From positions 130,016,001-130,080,000 of the forward strand of contig NW_024704742.1 of NCBI RefSeq assembly GCF_018977255.1: a stretch of 64,000 bases of DNA. The letters are read 5' to 3'. Of the stretch, positions 54,401-62,969 are shown piece after piece; the first letter of the stretch is position 1; each line of letters opens with the position of its first letter. Under the pieces are notes generated by a model that did no database searches, was not told the DNA's origin, and worked only from the letters and a program-made list of their open reading frames with translations. Made by a program: the position numbers and the translations under genes. The stretch is from Callorhinchus milii. Taxonomy: Eukaryota.

Positions 54401-56098
54401 GTGTCATCACGGACAAAATTAGATACAACGGCAACAACATTCTTACATTTATAGAGCATTTTTCAATTCAGAAGGACGTCTCAAAGTCCTTTACACAGCT
54501 AACTGGTCATCACATGCAACCAAAGAGACACATTTGCATCATAATGCTTTGTATTAATCTTATTTTTGTTTTAAAACAAATGTAGATTTTGATAGTTTAC
54601 TCAGACAGCACCTTGAATACTGCATACAGTTCTGGTCACTGCAATATAAGGGGCTGCCTTGGCCCTAGAGAAGGTGCAACAGGAGAATGAGGATGGATGA
54701 TCCCCAGTGTTAGAGGAATAGCGGAGCAGCAATGATTAGACAGACTAGGGCTCTTCAGCCTTGAGAGAAGATGACTGAGAAAGGACCTCATAGAGGTGTA
54801 GAAAATAAGATTTTAAATGGGATTGAAAAAGTAAACCAAGATCAATACTTTAGGATGTATTAAGGCGATAGAACAAGAGGGTGTAGGATTAGAGTTGTAA
54901 AAGACAATTTCAGGATAGATACCAAGAAGTTTTTCTTTATGCAGAGATTAATCATCAACTAGAATGGGTTGCTAGGAAAGATGACATAGTCCAGGATATT
55001 AGATTAATTTAAAGAGCAACTTGATGCAGTGATCGGTAGTGGTTGCAATTAATTACGCTGCAATTAATAACTTGCTATGTAGCTGTATGTTTTCAATCTA
55101 CTTTGAAGGGTACGAATGAAATGGGCCATTAAACTGTACTGAATTATGCATCAGAAGCCTGCTCGTCCGCTCGTTAAAATTCCCATTCAATTGAATGCAT
55201 GCACACACATATATAGTGAATATGTATATATAGATAAAAATATATTTATTCGCAAGTGTAACATTTTCAAAACAAAACCAGAGGGTTTTATTTCTCAGTG
55301 AAACATTCCCTTCTCTTCCCCTGGTCCTCAAATTGAGTGAGGGCCAAACAGTGAAAGATCAGCTGCCATAAAGTCAATGGTTAGGAGGAAAAACTAAATA
55401 TGGCCTTGGACATTAAACTAAAAACATGGCACCATGTAAATTGTTCACACAGAATCTTTGCATTTGGTTAAGATTACTTTTGGTATTGGCCCAAAATGTC
55501 CAATGTGCAACATACATTTCTGACCACCATTAATGCAAAATATAATTCAAATGTATGATTTTGTCAATACAGAAAACACAACTCAATAAAATTCTCTTTC
55601 CCCCATACTACCCCCCCAACCCGCACACTTTTTTTTTTGCTTTGCCTCACAATGCCAGCAGCCCTGTTCAGGCTAAATGAATCTGATTTTTAAATACCAC
55701 TGCCATGCAAAAAGCAGTAAGCATGGAGAAAATAGATGGAATTAAGAAGAAGCACTTTTAATGCAACTCAGGTGATGTAGTGCATTGAGCGACAGCTTAT
55801 GGACTGAGATCCCGCTGGTTTGAATCTCGGTTTGCGCAAAGCTTTCTGGTCTCAGCAGTGGGGAAAAATATTGTAAAAGTAATTGGATGCAATAAATTTT
55901 AAAAAATGTTACTTCTGGAAAAGCAACAAAAACTTGTGTAAAGAAAGGAGGAACAGTGGGTGACTTACGCTGTCCTGTCTGTGCCTCAGGAACTCGGTCA
56001 CGGATCATCCGACAGGCATCATACACCATTGTCGAGGGCTCAAACTGCATCGTTTTGATGGCATTGCCAACACCAATCTTCAAGGATAAGGCAACCAT
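284..56098 (-). CDS. TLN1: Talin-1, spliced CDS (37 coding exons in window, residues 1-1695; 3'-partial, continues beyond left edge)
   Basis: Exon translations join in frame with matching phases and AG/GT(GC) sites into recognisable talin. TLN1 rather than TLN2: no 2-aa insert in F0 ([10 protein letters not shown]), KQKGEKKIF without the TLN2 extra residue, [21 protein letters not shown]. Confidence 0.9.
1079..1260 (-). CDS. TLN1: Talin coding exon 36: [60 protein letters not shown](R)
   Basis: tgacag|GGC ... AG|gtattt, 182 nt. Confidence 0.96.
1751..2059 (-). mobile_element. Full-length tRNA-Ala-derived DeuSINE (short subfamily)
   Basis: Head GTGGAGTCCTGTAGCTCAGTGGTTAGAGC with A/B boxes and TGC anticodon remnant; Deu core GCTGTGCGCAATTGGCTGCC; L2-like tail plus (ATT)n. 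Confidence 0.9.
2256..2396 (-). CDS. TLN1: Talin coding exon 35: [47 protein letters not shown]
   Basis: gttag|GCT ... GAG|gtaagc, 141 nt. Confidence 0.96.
2865..3026 (-). CDS. TLN1: Talin coding exon 34: [55 protein letters not shown]8
   Basis: ccacag|GTT ... AAG|gtaact, 162 nt. Confidence 0.97.
3189..3367 (-). mobile_element. DeuSINE 3' half
   Basis: Near-identical to the 3' half of the copy at 61017-61340. Confidence 0.9.
3370..3785 (-). mobile_element. L2-clade LINE fragment (RT N-terminal region)
   Basis: ORF with [12 protein letters not shown]...[13 protein letters not shown]. Confidence 0.85.
4101..4244 (-). CDS. TLN1: Talin coding exon 33: [49 protein letters not shown]7/R8
   Basis: ttgcag|GCT ... 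CAG|gtgaga, 144 nt. Confidence 0.96.
5264..5386 (-). CDS. TLN1: Talin coding exon 32: [42 protein letters not shown]7
   Basis: gtccag|GTT ... CAG|gtgagt, 123 nt. Confidence 0.96.
6116..6205 (-). CDS. TLN1: Talin coding exon 31: [30 protein letters not shown]
   Basis: ttacag|ACT ... AAG|gtatgt, 90 nt. Confidence 0.96.
8095..8401 (-). mobile_element. DeuSINE, long subfamily (extra central segment)
   Basis: Deu core plus an insert containing ggaacccggttattagtcgattggtggat; tRNA head. Confidence 0.8.
8442..8535 (-). CDS. TLN1: Talin coding exon 30: (R)[32 protein letters not shown]6/R7
   Basis: ctgcag|G ... GAG|gtatgt, 94 nt. Confidence 0.96.
9615..10672 (+). mobile_element. L2-clade LINE, 5'-truncated, degenerate RT and 3' end with (TTG)n tail
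   Basis: VPQGSVLGP and YGDDTQ remnants; SRLDYGNS...[10 protein letters not shown]...LHWFP; 3' hairpin plus ttgttgttg. Confidence 0.9.
10708..10929. repeat. Tandem duplication, 2 copies of a 112-bp unit, G-rich
   Basis: Unit ctacataactgtggattgcgggggtgggagggggttggg... starts at 10708 and 10820. Confidence 0.95.
11371..11510 (-). CDS. TLN1: Talin coding exon 29: [46 protein letters not shown](R)
   Basis: caacag|GAC ... AG|gtacat, 140 nt. Confidence 0.95.
12639..14040 (-). mobile_element. CR1-clade LINE, 5'-truncated, fairly young, frameshifted RT
   Basis: ORFs with [47 protein letters not shown]; 3' (ATCTATGA)n-type tail. Confidence 0.93.
14400..14478. repeat. Tandem duplication, 2 copies of a 40-bp unit
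   Basis: gagtgtaacactacttgtattactRtcaaaaccatgaca occurs twice. Confidence 0.9.
14600..15578 (+). mobile_element. CR1-clade LINE internal fragment (pre-RT region), degenerate
   Basis: [30 protein letters not shown]; interrupted by (AAT)n near 14772. Confidence 0.88.
15715..15912 (-). CDS. TLN1: Talin coding exon 28: [67 protein letters not shown]6
   Basis: atttag|TTC ... AAG|gtagga, 198 nt. Confidence 0.95.
16005..16160 (-). mobile_element. CR1-type 3'-end short repeat; related copies at 18285-18437, 25695-25780 and, in opposite orientation, 2585-2680
   Basis: Shared gaacataagaaatgc...gaccaaRgtccatctagttcgccttcc. Confidence 0.65.
16837..16956 (-). CDS. TLN1: Talin coding exon 27: [40 protein letters not shown]
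   Basis: ccacag|GTG ... TCT|gtaagt, 120 nt. Confidence 0.96.
19186..19489 (-). mobile_element. Full-length DeuSINE (short subfamily, small Deu-core deletion)
   Basis: Head, core and tail as in the other copies. Confidence 0.9.
19553..19870 (-). mobile_element. Older SacSINE1-like DeuSINE; related fragments near 16520-16780, 19063-19183, 29050-29197 and 35880-36270
   Basis: Recognisable ttcaaatagtgccatgggat...tttaatgtct...cagcactgcactg segment typical of shark DeuSINEs. Confidence 0.7.
19936..20144 (-). CDS. TLN1: Talin coding exon 26: (G)[69 protein letters not shown]
   Basis: tctcag|GG ... CAG|gttggt, 209 nt. Confidence 0.95.
22492..22800 (-). mobile_element. Full-length DeuSINE
   Basis: Head, core and tail present. 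Confidence 0.9.
23165..23700 (-). mobile_element. Old degenerate L2-like fragment
   Basis: Purine-rich plus strand with L2 3'-region remnants; no intact ORF. Confidence 0.45.
23761..24395 (+). mobile_element. Two nested DeuSINEs (inner copy 24046-24369 inserted in the tail of the outer copy)
   Basis: Outer tail breaks at gcgctatat (24040) and resumes as atatcaaatgcaagg at 24370. Confidence 0.9.
24672..24774 (-). CDS. TLN1: Talin coding exon 25: [34 protein letters not shown](G)
   Basis: tgacag|CTG ... G|gtgcgt, 103 nt. Confidence 0.95.
25535..25663 (-). CDS. TLN1: Talin coding exon 24: [44 protein letters not shown]5
   Basis: atacag|GCC ... ACG|gtaaga, 129 nt. Confidence 0.95.
26208..26342 (-). 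CDS. TLN1: Talin coding exon 23: [45 protein letters not shown] (GC donor)
   Basis: ttgtag|CCT ... AAG|gcaagt, 135 nt. Confidence 0.93.
26363..26686 (-). mobile_element. DeuSINE, long subfamily (CGC anticodon remnant)
   Basis: Head GTGGAGTCCAGTAGCGTATTGGTTAGAGCACGCGCCTCGCAAGCGAGAGGATCCAGGTTCGATTCCC plus central insert. Confidence 0.88.
27046..27159 (-). CDS. TLN1: Talin coding exon 22: [38 protein letters not shown]
   Basis: ttgcag|GTT ... CAG|gtacac, 114 nt. Confidence 0.96.
27686..27981 (-). mobile_element. DeuSINE (terminal tail truncated)
   Basis: Head, core and hairpin present. Confidence 0.9.
28481..28594 (-). CDS. TLN1: Talin coding exon 21: [39 protein letters not shown]4
   Basis: cttcag|AAC ... 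AAG|gtgaga, 114 nt. Confidence 0.95.
29541..29669 (-). CDS. TLN1: Talin coding exon 20: [43 protein letters not shown]
   Basis: tttag|GGT ... GAG|gtgagt, 129 nt. Confidence 0.96.
29931..30097 (-). CDS. TLN1: Talin coding exon 19: (G)[56 protein letters not shown]3
   Basis: aacag|GT ... AAG|gtaacg, 167 nt. Confidence 0.96.
30490..30784 (-). CDS. TLN1: Talin coding exon 18: [14 protein letters not shown]...[19 protein letters not shown](G), R2/R3
   Basis: ttgcag|GTT ... G|gtaagg, 295 nt. Confidence 0.96.
31878..32045 (-). CDS. TLN1: Talin coding exon 17: [57 protein letters not shown]2
   Basis: ttccag|GAG ... AAG|gtaagc, 168 nt. Confidence 0.95.
33154..33171 (-). CDS. Candidate alternative 18-nt microexon (VSHAAL) after Gln665
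   Basis: cactttgcag|GTATCCCACGCTGCATTG|gttagt; symmetric phase 0, no stop. Prediction only, no transcript support. Confidence 0.3.
33560..33658 (-). CDS. TLN1: Talin coding exon 16: [33 protein letters not shown] (ends at Gln665)
   Basis: tttcag|CCT ... CAG|gtatgc, 99 nt. Confidence 0.95.
34479..34687 (-). CDS. TLN1: Talin coding exon 15: (G)[69 protein letters not shown]
   Basis: aacag|GA ... GAG|gttaac, 209 nt. Confidence 0.95.
35369..35477 (-). CDS. TLN1: Talin coding exon 14: [36 protein letters not shown](G)
   Basis: ccctag|GCC ... G|gttcgt, 109 nt. Confidence 0.95.
36343..36456 (-). CDS. TLN1: Talin coding exon 13: [39 protein letters not shown]1
   Basis: ttgtag|ACA ... GCT|gtaagt, 114 nt. 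Confidence 0.95.
36968..37148 (-). CDS. TLN1: Talin coding exon 12: [60 protein letters not shown] (includes calpain site Q433/Q434)
   Basis: ttacag|A ... CTG|gtaaga, 181 nt. Confidence 0.96.
37547..37620 (-). repeat. Exact 74-bp duplicate of 36938-37011 (3' part of coding exon 12 plus donor); pseudo-exon 37577-37618
   Basis: Base-for-base identity read directly from the sequence. Confidence 0.95.
37699..37775 (-). CDS. TLN1: Talin coding exon 11: [25 protein letters not shown](K), head-rod linker
   Basis: tgcag|AAA ... AA|gtaagt, 77 nt. Confidence 0.96.
38812..38913 (-). CDS. TLN1: Talin coding exon 10: [34 protein letters not shown]
   Basis: tttcag|GAT ... AAG|gtattc, 102 nt. Confidence 0.97.
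39050..40482 (+). mobile_element. L2-clade LINE, 5'-truncated, RT and 3' end
   Basis: [13 protein letters not shown]...[15 protein letters not shown], 3' hairpin gcgccttgggacgtcc...aaaggcgct. Confidence 0.92.
42040..43640 (+). mobile_element. L2-clade LINE with APE endonuclease remnant, large internal deletion, RT and (TTG)n tail
   Basis: GGGVAVI...[10 protein letters not shown] directly followed by a QSGF/HSTET-like RT start; YADD; tail at 43620-43640. Confidence 0.88.
43966..44121 (-). CDS. TLN1: Talin coding exon 9: [53 protein letters not shown]3 integrin-binding PTB domain
   Basis: tgtag|GAG ... CTG|gtaagt, 156 nt. Confidence 0.97.
44329..44433 (-). CDS. TLN1: Talin coding exon 8: [35 protein letters not shown]
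   Basis: catag|GCA ... AAG|gtgaat, 105 nt; read by hand. Confidence 0.96.
44497..44600. repeat. (GA)n-rich microsatellite
   Basis: Visible in the sequence. Confidence 0.95.
46377..46437 (-). CDS. TLN1: Talin coding exon 7: (D)[20 protein letters not shown]
   Basis: ctttag|C ... ATG|gtatga, 61 nt; read by hand. Confidence 0.95.
49194..49321 (-). CDS. TLN1: Talin coding exon 6: [42 protein letters not shown](D), F2
   Basis: tttcag|GCC ... GA|gtgagt, 128 nt. Confidence 0.96.
50447..50589 (-). CDS. TLN1: Talin coding exon 5: (L)[47 protein letters not shown]
   Basis: ttgcag|TG ... CAG|gtaagg, 143 nt. Confidence 0.96.
51108..51260 (-). CDS. TLN1: Talin coding exon 4: (G)[50 protein letters not shown](L), F1 loop
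   Basis: tgtag|GA ... T|gtgagt, 153 nt. Confidence 0.96.
52625..52754 (-). CDS. TLN1: Talin coding exon 3: [43 protein letters not shown](G)
   Basis: tttcag|GAC ... G|gtagga, 130 nt. Confidence 0.96.
53450..53547 (-). CDS. TLN1: Talin coding exon 2: (P)[32 protein letters not shown]
   Basis: Not in the ORF track; read by hand. cttccag|CG ... GGA|gtaagt, 98 nt. Confidence 0.96.
54595..55050 (+). mobile_element. Degenerate CR1 3' fragment
   Basis: [13 protein letters not shown], LFSLEKR and DLIEVYK remnants. Confidence 0.75.
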
Positions 56099-56123
56099 GA
56101 TGTCCTTCTCGTCACAATTTTAT
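55969..56123 (-). CDS. TLN1: Talin coding exon 1 (CDS 55969-56098 plus about 25 nt 5'UTR): [43 protein letters not shown](P), F0
   Basis: ATG at 56098; acceptor ttttgtag ending at 56124; donor C|gtaagt; 130 coding nt. Confidence 0.96.
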
Positions 56124-57072
56124 CTACAAAATAAAGCACCACTTAAACAAAGCCATCAGATCGGGGAACCTCAATCTTTCAAAAGAACTCTCAACCAAAA
56201 TATTGGTTTAGATTTGAGTCATTTTACTCCTTATGCAAACACAGCTGTGGCGTACATCGTGTGTAAACACAGGTATACAAAGGGAATTAAAGGTATCCTT
56301 AATTACATAATCATCAACAACATGCATTTATATAGGACCCTTCACATATGGAAACATCTCCATCCAGTTTACAGGAATGACTATGTGCACATTCAAAGAG
56401 GTAGGATTTGATACAGGATGTAAAAGATAGAAAGAGAGAGGGAAACGAGATGGCATAGTAGAGGGAGGTTTAGAGATTAGGGGAGTAGGAAGTGTAGGCT
56501 CAATCACTGATGGTGACCATAATTCTTTGTGGTCCACATGTTGTCTCAGTTCACTTGCTTATCGTTCTGTAAATAAAATGATGTCTCAATCGGACATGGG
56601 CCTGAGCGGCTTGTAATATTTCCATCTACCAAAGAGCATTTGAAGTATAGCAAAGGTCTTGTAGAGTCTGATGACCATAAAGGGGGTTCACTGTGGTCTG
56701 GAAAGGCACACTTACTAAAAAGATAAACGCTTGCAAGGTGCAATTCTAGAATCAAAGGGATGCAGTGCCTGGATGTGTGAATGGCCTGCGTGCTTTAATA
56801 AGAAATGCCTTACATTTCTGCAATATCTTTCAACTTGAAAGACTGCATTGACCTCAGGGCATGCTGGTAAGTGAACACCTTGTGCAAATGTATGAGTGCA
56901 GCAAGCGGTAATCTGGAGCAAACTGGCCAGCAAGTAGTGACCACCAGTGGCGTGCTAAATAGCCTGTGTCGGGTCACAAGTTTTTCAATGAGCTGCCTTG
57001 CACAATTCACAATGAAAAAAAAAGCTAACATAGCTAGGGTGTAACACATGCCAGTATACACACTTGCCTTTG

Positions 57073-57712
57073 AATAATAATAATCTTTGCATTTGATATA
57101 GCGCTTCATATATTTTTTATATAAAATTTTTTAAAAGCCTCACAAGCGAGAGACCTGAATTTGATTCCTGGCAGGGCGATACCTTGGGCAAGTTTCCTTA
57201 TTCCACACACCTGATAATAATCCCTCAAGAAAAAAACAATAATAAATTGGTCACTTCAATCCACAACAGTTTGTGGCACACTGCTGTGTGCACTTGACTG
57301 CCACGTTTCGCCCATAAACATGCAGACAATTCACTTTACAGTATATTCTGTGAAGTGCTTTGAGATGCCTAGAAGACTTGAAAAGCGCTATATCAAATTC
57401 AAGGATTATTATTATCATCACGTCTTTGAAACATCTCAAAGCGCTTCACTGAATACACTGTAAAGGGAATTGACTGCATATTTTGTGAGCGAAACGTAGC
57501 AGCCAATTACACCCAGCAGTGTCCCACAAACAGTCATGGATTGAGCGACCAAATTAGTTTTTTAAGGAATTATTACCCCCGGAAAAGCGATCCACCAATC
57601 AATTAACAACCAGGTTCCTACTTTACTGCTGGGTAAATAGAGGCGTGCAAGTGTAAGGAAACTTGCCCAACATTTCGCCCTGCCGAGTGCTCTAACCACT
57701 AAGCTACAGGAC
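57073..57712. mobile_element. Minus-strand long-subfamily DeuSINE (57073-57096 plus 57418-57712) interrupted by a plus-strand DeuSINE (about 57138-57415)
   Basis: Split tail and opposite orientations read directly. Confidence 0.82.
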
Positions 57713-58119
57713 ATATGAACCAGAATCAACTCTGATTAATGTTTGGATCATCAGTTTGGAGTGAAATTAAATAAGTCAGTTCCATTAGGATGTAGGCAGT
57801 GGTTTCAAAAGTAAAACTGTTTGCATAAAATTTAATTCGTTTTAGAAGAGAATCTTCTTTTCCAGTAGCTCCTTCAGCTAGCTATAGCTTTTATTGATAG
57901 CACAGGAATGTCTATTTGAGGACCATGTTAGTGGCGAAGAGTCCATTTATTTTTAACCAAAAGTGTTTTTGTGGTTACCACATAGACACAAATAATCTCA
58001 GTTAAGCAGCAAGGGCTGGTCTCACTGATGGGCAGACAGTTCACTCAGTGATAATGGGTTTGGGTGAAATGTACTCGTCAGGCGTGAAAGATGACAATGA
58101 GCAACGATTAGACAAACTG

Positions 58120-58452
58120 TAATTATAATACTTGCATTTGAAACCGCGCCTTATTGTTTTTAAGGAATCTCAAAGCGCTTCACAGAATGTAAAATGGATT
58201 GGCTGTGAATTTGTGGACAAAACACAGCAGTGTTCCACAAATAGTCGTGGATTGAATAAACATTCTTTTGTGTGTGGGGGAGAAGGGATTATTACCCCTA
58301 GAAAGCTATTCGTCCATCGACTAACAACTGGGTTTCTACTTACTGCGAGGTAAACCAAGGCGTGTTGGAGTAAGGAAACTTATCCAAGGTTTTGCTCAGT
58401 CTCCACCCTCGAACCTCGATCCTTTCGCTAACCACTACACCAAGGACTCCTC
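58120..58452 (-). mobile_element. Diverged DeuSINE, long subfamily
   Basis: Core, central insert and head remnant. Confidence 0.75.
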
Positions 58453-61016
58453 TACGGTTAATTGCTCCCCTCAATCATCTCAACGTTAGAGAGAAAAGCT
58501 CAACCAGTCCGTCCAATCTTTCTTGATAACTGTATCCACTCATCTCTAGAAAACCCCTTGTAAATCAATGCTGGACACTCTCCAATCCTACAATATCCTT
58601 CCTGGAATAAGTTTTCCCCAAGTATAGTATTTATCAATTTCCTTTTAAAATGCTGTCACTGGTTAGCAGCCAACTGTCACAGGGCATTCTACACTCTTAA
58701 CTATTCTGTTTTGGAAACAAAATCTTCTACCCTCCCTCTTTTCTTTATAAGATAGCTTGAGGCACCAGTGTGCAGTTAAACCCTTGCATCCTTCGAAGAT
58801 TAAATCTTCATTTGGACATCTACATCTTCACACGTTTGACATGTTTTACAGATGTTTTGAACAACAAAAAAGAAGCTAATTTGCAACTTCAATGGCAAGT
58901 GCATGAAAAAGCTGCTAAAATTGGTCAGGAAACCCCTAGAGAAAGACAAGAGACACATTCAGAGAGACTGAGACGCAGAAAGACAGAGCTTTCCTTTGAT
59001 GACAATACAGCAGACAAAGGAAACAATGGGTCTGTTTTAGCACCAGAAACACCCCCCATCCCTCCCCTCTCCACCTAAACTTCTCAGAGCAAACCCAAGA
59101 TTCTGTTACAATCTCACCATCCCCACCCCCAAGGCCACAAACTGAGGTTTCTGGAATGCTCCTGTCAAACAGGTCGAAAAGCAGCGATGTGATTCTCTTC
59201 AACTGTATCTGTGCTGTAATCCTGGCTAAAACGAGTTTGTTTTTCACTTGGTTTAAGTTTGATCAATATCTGTGTTGACCAATTGCTGGGCGATTGGCAC
59301 CCATGTGGGGGTGCTGGCATCAGGCACTACTCCGATGCCACACTCCAACCAGGGCTTTGCTGGCACACCTGCCAGACATCGCAGGCTGCCGTGGTGAAAA
59401 ATACACCCATGCCCAAATCCTTTTAGCCATTCTTCTTATGATTAACATTATTACTTTTCAGATCCCTCCTCCAACAAAGAAGGACTTTCAGCAGCAGATG
59501 GTTTCAGTCACACTTGTGCATGGACCCCTTAGGATAATAATAATTTTCCTTGCATTTGATATAGCGCCTTATCACGTCTTCGAGACGTCTCAAAGCCCTT
59601 CACAGAATATAATGGATGATTATATCCTGGTCCCCATCACTCAAGGGAAAAAGAGACCAAGAGCAGTCACCTGATACTGTCACTTGGCAGTCAATCAGAA
59701 AGAGAGAAAAAAACTTTGTCAAATTAAATACTTTCCGACACTAAGGTTCCTTTAAGGAAAGGGGAAAGAAATCTTGGCTTTACTTCCTGAAATACAGTAA
59801 CCGGTTTACTTTACAAACCACACTGTTTTGTCATGTCTCTGGATGTCTGAGCTTTAGAAGCTGAACTGGGCACAGGACATTTACTAGAAAAAGTTCCCAC
59901 CCAGAAAGGTACAGATTTTCTGTCTCTCTGCTGATGTTCGAAGGAAGGCAACATGTACAGAAATACTTCAGTGAGTGAAAAACAATTCAAAGCCAAGCCC
60001 AGAGTTTGACATACTCATCAATGGATCACAATGGGGCAGAAAATAAAACATTCCACTTCCTCATCCTGGTTATGTCAGAAAGTACTTGTTGTACCCTCGA
60101 CTGCACAAATGTACTTACATTTGATACAGAGTCGAATCACATTTAAAAAATCTGAGAAGTGCTCATTAGAACAAGCAAGTTCATTTGAAGTGTAAGTGAC
60201 TGATTTATTGGAAAATTGAACCGTTCAAGGTTGAATTTGAATGAGGGATGAACAATAGCCAGAACAGTAGGAGAAAATCTAGGAGAAAATACAGTCACTG
60301 TAATATCCTCTTACATCAGGAGAAAGTTTTGAGATAGCCTACAATATGTGAAAGGCACAATAGCAAATGTAAGGGTTACTATTCTTATTACTATATTATC
60401 ATACTCATCACAATATAGTTCGCCCACTTTACAGTATATCCTGTTAAGCGCTTTGAGATGTCGATGATGTGATAATGCACTCCAAATGCAGGGATTATTA
60501 TTATAATATTGTGGGAACCAGACAAGCCTGGGGTGAAGAGCACAAGATTGGTCTGGATGAAGAATGTCCTACAGCCCAAGCGTTCACATCCTTCCAGAAC
60601 ACCCCACCCTACTATCCCCTGATCATATGTAGAGTTCTAACATCCTTGCCCCGGTGTAACTGAAGAGGGGAAAAGAGGGGACAAGGCGGAGGGACTGAGG
60701 CAGGCAAAATTAACTCAAACAGGATCATGTCTCGAAACACCCTGGAGTGAGAAAAAAACATTTAGTAAAGAAACATTACAGTAGGATTGTGATTGGGCTA
60801 ATGAACCTATAAGGCCATTCTTCAAAATGAACACTTCAATGTCCTCTATTACTATCCCAGCTGCACATCCAACTTGGCACAAGACGGTCCTGTAGGTGTA
60901 GTTCTGAGATCTGCACAATAATACAACTACTACTAGCACTCTGGGATGCTACCCTGTGTGAGGGGCGCAATATAAATGCAGGTTGTTGTTGTAATAATAA
61001 CACTTGAATTTGATAT

Positions 61017-61340
61017 ATAATAATAATAATAATCCTTGCATTTGATATAGCGCTTTTCACGTCGGGAGGACGTCCCAAAGCGCTTCACAGAACACACTGT
61101 AAAGTGAATTGACTGTATATTTGTGGGCGAACGCGGCAGCCAATTGCGCACAGCAATGTCCCACAAACAGTCGTAGATTGAAAATGACCAATTTAATTAT
61201 TGTTTTTTTTTGGAGGGATTATTATTAGGCTCTGTGTGGAGTAAAGAAACTTGCCCAAGGTTTCGCCCTCTGCCTGGAATTGAACTCAGGTCTCTCACTT
61301 GCAAAGCGAGTGCTCTAACCACTGAGCTACAGGACTCCAC
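61017..61340 (-). mobile_element. Full-length young DeuSINE nested in the tail of an older SINE (60991-61016 plus 61341-61430)
   Basis: Older tail split at gctatat|caaat. Confidence 0.9.
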
Positions 61341-61811
61341 ATATAGCCCCTTATCCAGTCGTTGAGGCATCTCAAAGCCCTTCACAGAATATATTGCAAA
61401 GTGAATTGAGTGTAAATGTTTTGGTGAAATAACTCTTTGAAGCCCATGTTACAGGTGAGTGTCTTCATCACGCACAAACCAAAAGCCTGCTCTGCCTGGC
61501 CGCAAGCTAAATCGAAGCCACCGTCATTACAGTAAAAGCTTACGAACAGTTCTTTCCTGGAGCCAGGAAGCAGGGAGGAGGGAGGGGGAGGAGGCGTTAC
61601 ATAACATTCCATTCCAGAGATGGATGAGCAGAACAAGAACTCATAAATTTGTTCTTTCTCCGTCTTTTTTGCATGCTGCACAAACACTTCACAGAGAGTG
61701 AGTCGAGCTCCACATCCTTTTTTTTAAAAAAAACACTTCTCAGTTTCAAGCACGGAGTGAATTTGCTTCTTTCGGACATCACTTCTGCACCCTCCTTCCC
61801 CCCACCCACAG

Positions 61812-61828
61812 ACACACACGCGCGCGCG

Positions 61829-61862
<34 letters not shown>
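61812..61862. repeat. Alternating purine-pyrimidine tract (AC)n(CG)9(CA)13, Z-DNA prone
   Basis: Visible in the sequence. Confidence 0.9.
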
Positions 61863-62969
61863 GGCCTCAAAAAAAGTAACTCACTATGAATTGCCCGAAT
61901 TCAAGAGACTCCTCTATCAAGCTGAAGATTCCAGTTAACAGTAACTCCTTTGTGGTTGGGAGTTTTTTGACCTCTGTTTCAGGTTCAAATACGTACACAC
62001 TGCATTGAGGCAGGCTCTTGGCTTTAAAATTAGCACTTCTGCAGGAACTGAAATCCATACTTTTTTTTTTTACAAGCTGCCTTTCACAAGACATCCTGTC
62101 CAGAGTTTTAAGAACGTGCATTCTCCTGTAAAACCATTACTGCAAGGAAATGATGATGGCCATTTACACAGAATGAGGGGTTAGATGACATCACCAGCCG
62201 TGAGCATGAGGTTTGAAGTTATTTATATCTCGATCTGAAGACACAAATAGCCTTCGGAACATCTTTGCCATTATGTGTAAACCACATACATTTCTACTTT
62301 AACTTAGTACTTGTACATACATGACCTTGCTTTTGGCCACATTTATTTTCTCACACCTCCCCTCCTTTCCCCACACTCAGTTCAGGCTCCCAGTCATTTG
62401 TGTGAAGGGCTTTGCGATGTCCATCTAATGTGAAAGATACTGTATCAATATAAATTGCTGCTGTTATATACAAATGTTCAAATAATACTACTAATAATAA
62501 CAATCCTTGCATTTGATATAGCGCCTTATCACGTCTTCGAGACGTCTCAAAGCGCTTCACAGTGTACACTATATTGAATTGACTGTATGTTTTGTGGATG
62601 AAAATATATAAGGAGAAAAAAAACTTTTCCTTTACACAGAATTTCAATCTTTTCCATCTACTTCTAATCATCTTTATACATGTGTGTATCTACCTATAAT
62701 ATGCCAGGAAATTTTAATAGCCAACAATGTGGCTTAACCTCAGCCCCTGAAGAGCACGCCAACTGCACCACTGGGACACTTCCATTTCCCAAACCAGTTA
62801 TCCCCGTGGCCTTTCCTAACTAGTCTGACAGTTAACAGCAACTGGTGCCAGATTACAACAGTAGCACATTTTGGACTCATACTCATAGGGAAATGAATTT
62901 AGATGGTCGAAACCCATTCATTTAGGACCTTTCCTGCCAGTGGAAAAAGAGAAACTCGTTCTGAGTAAG

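Noticed and set aside
60933..61166. Recurrent small ORF family [22 protein letters not shown]...
   Set aside because: Incidental translation of the SINE body from non-ATG starts.
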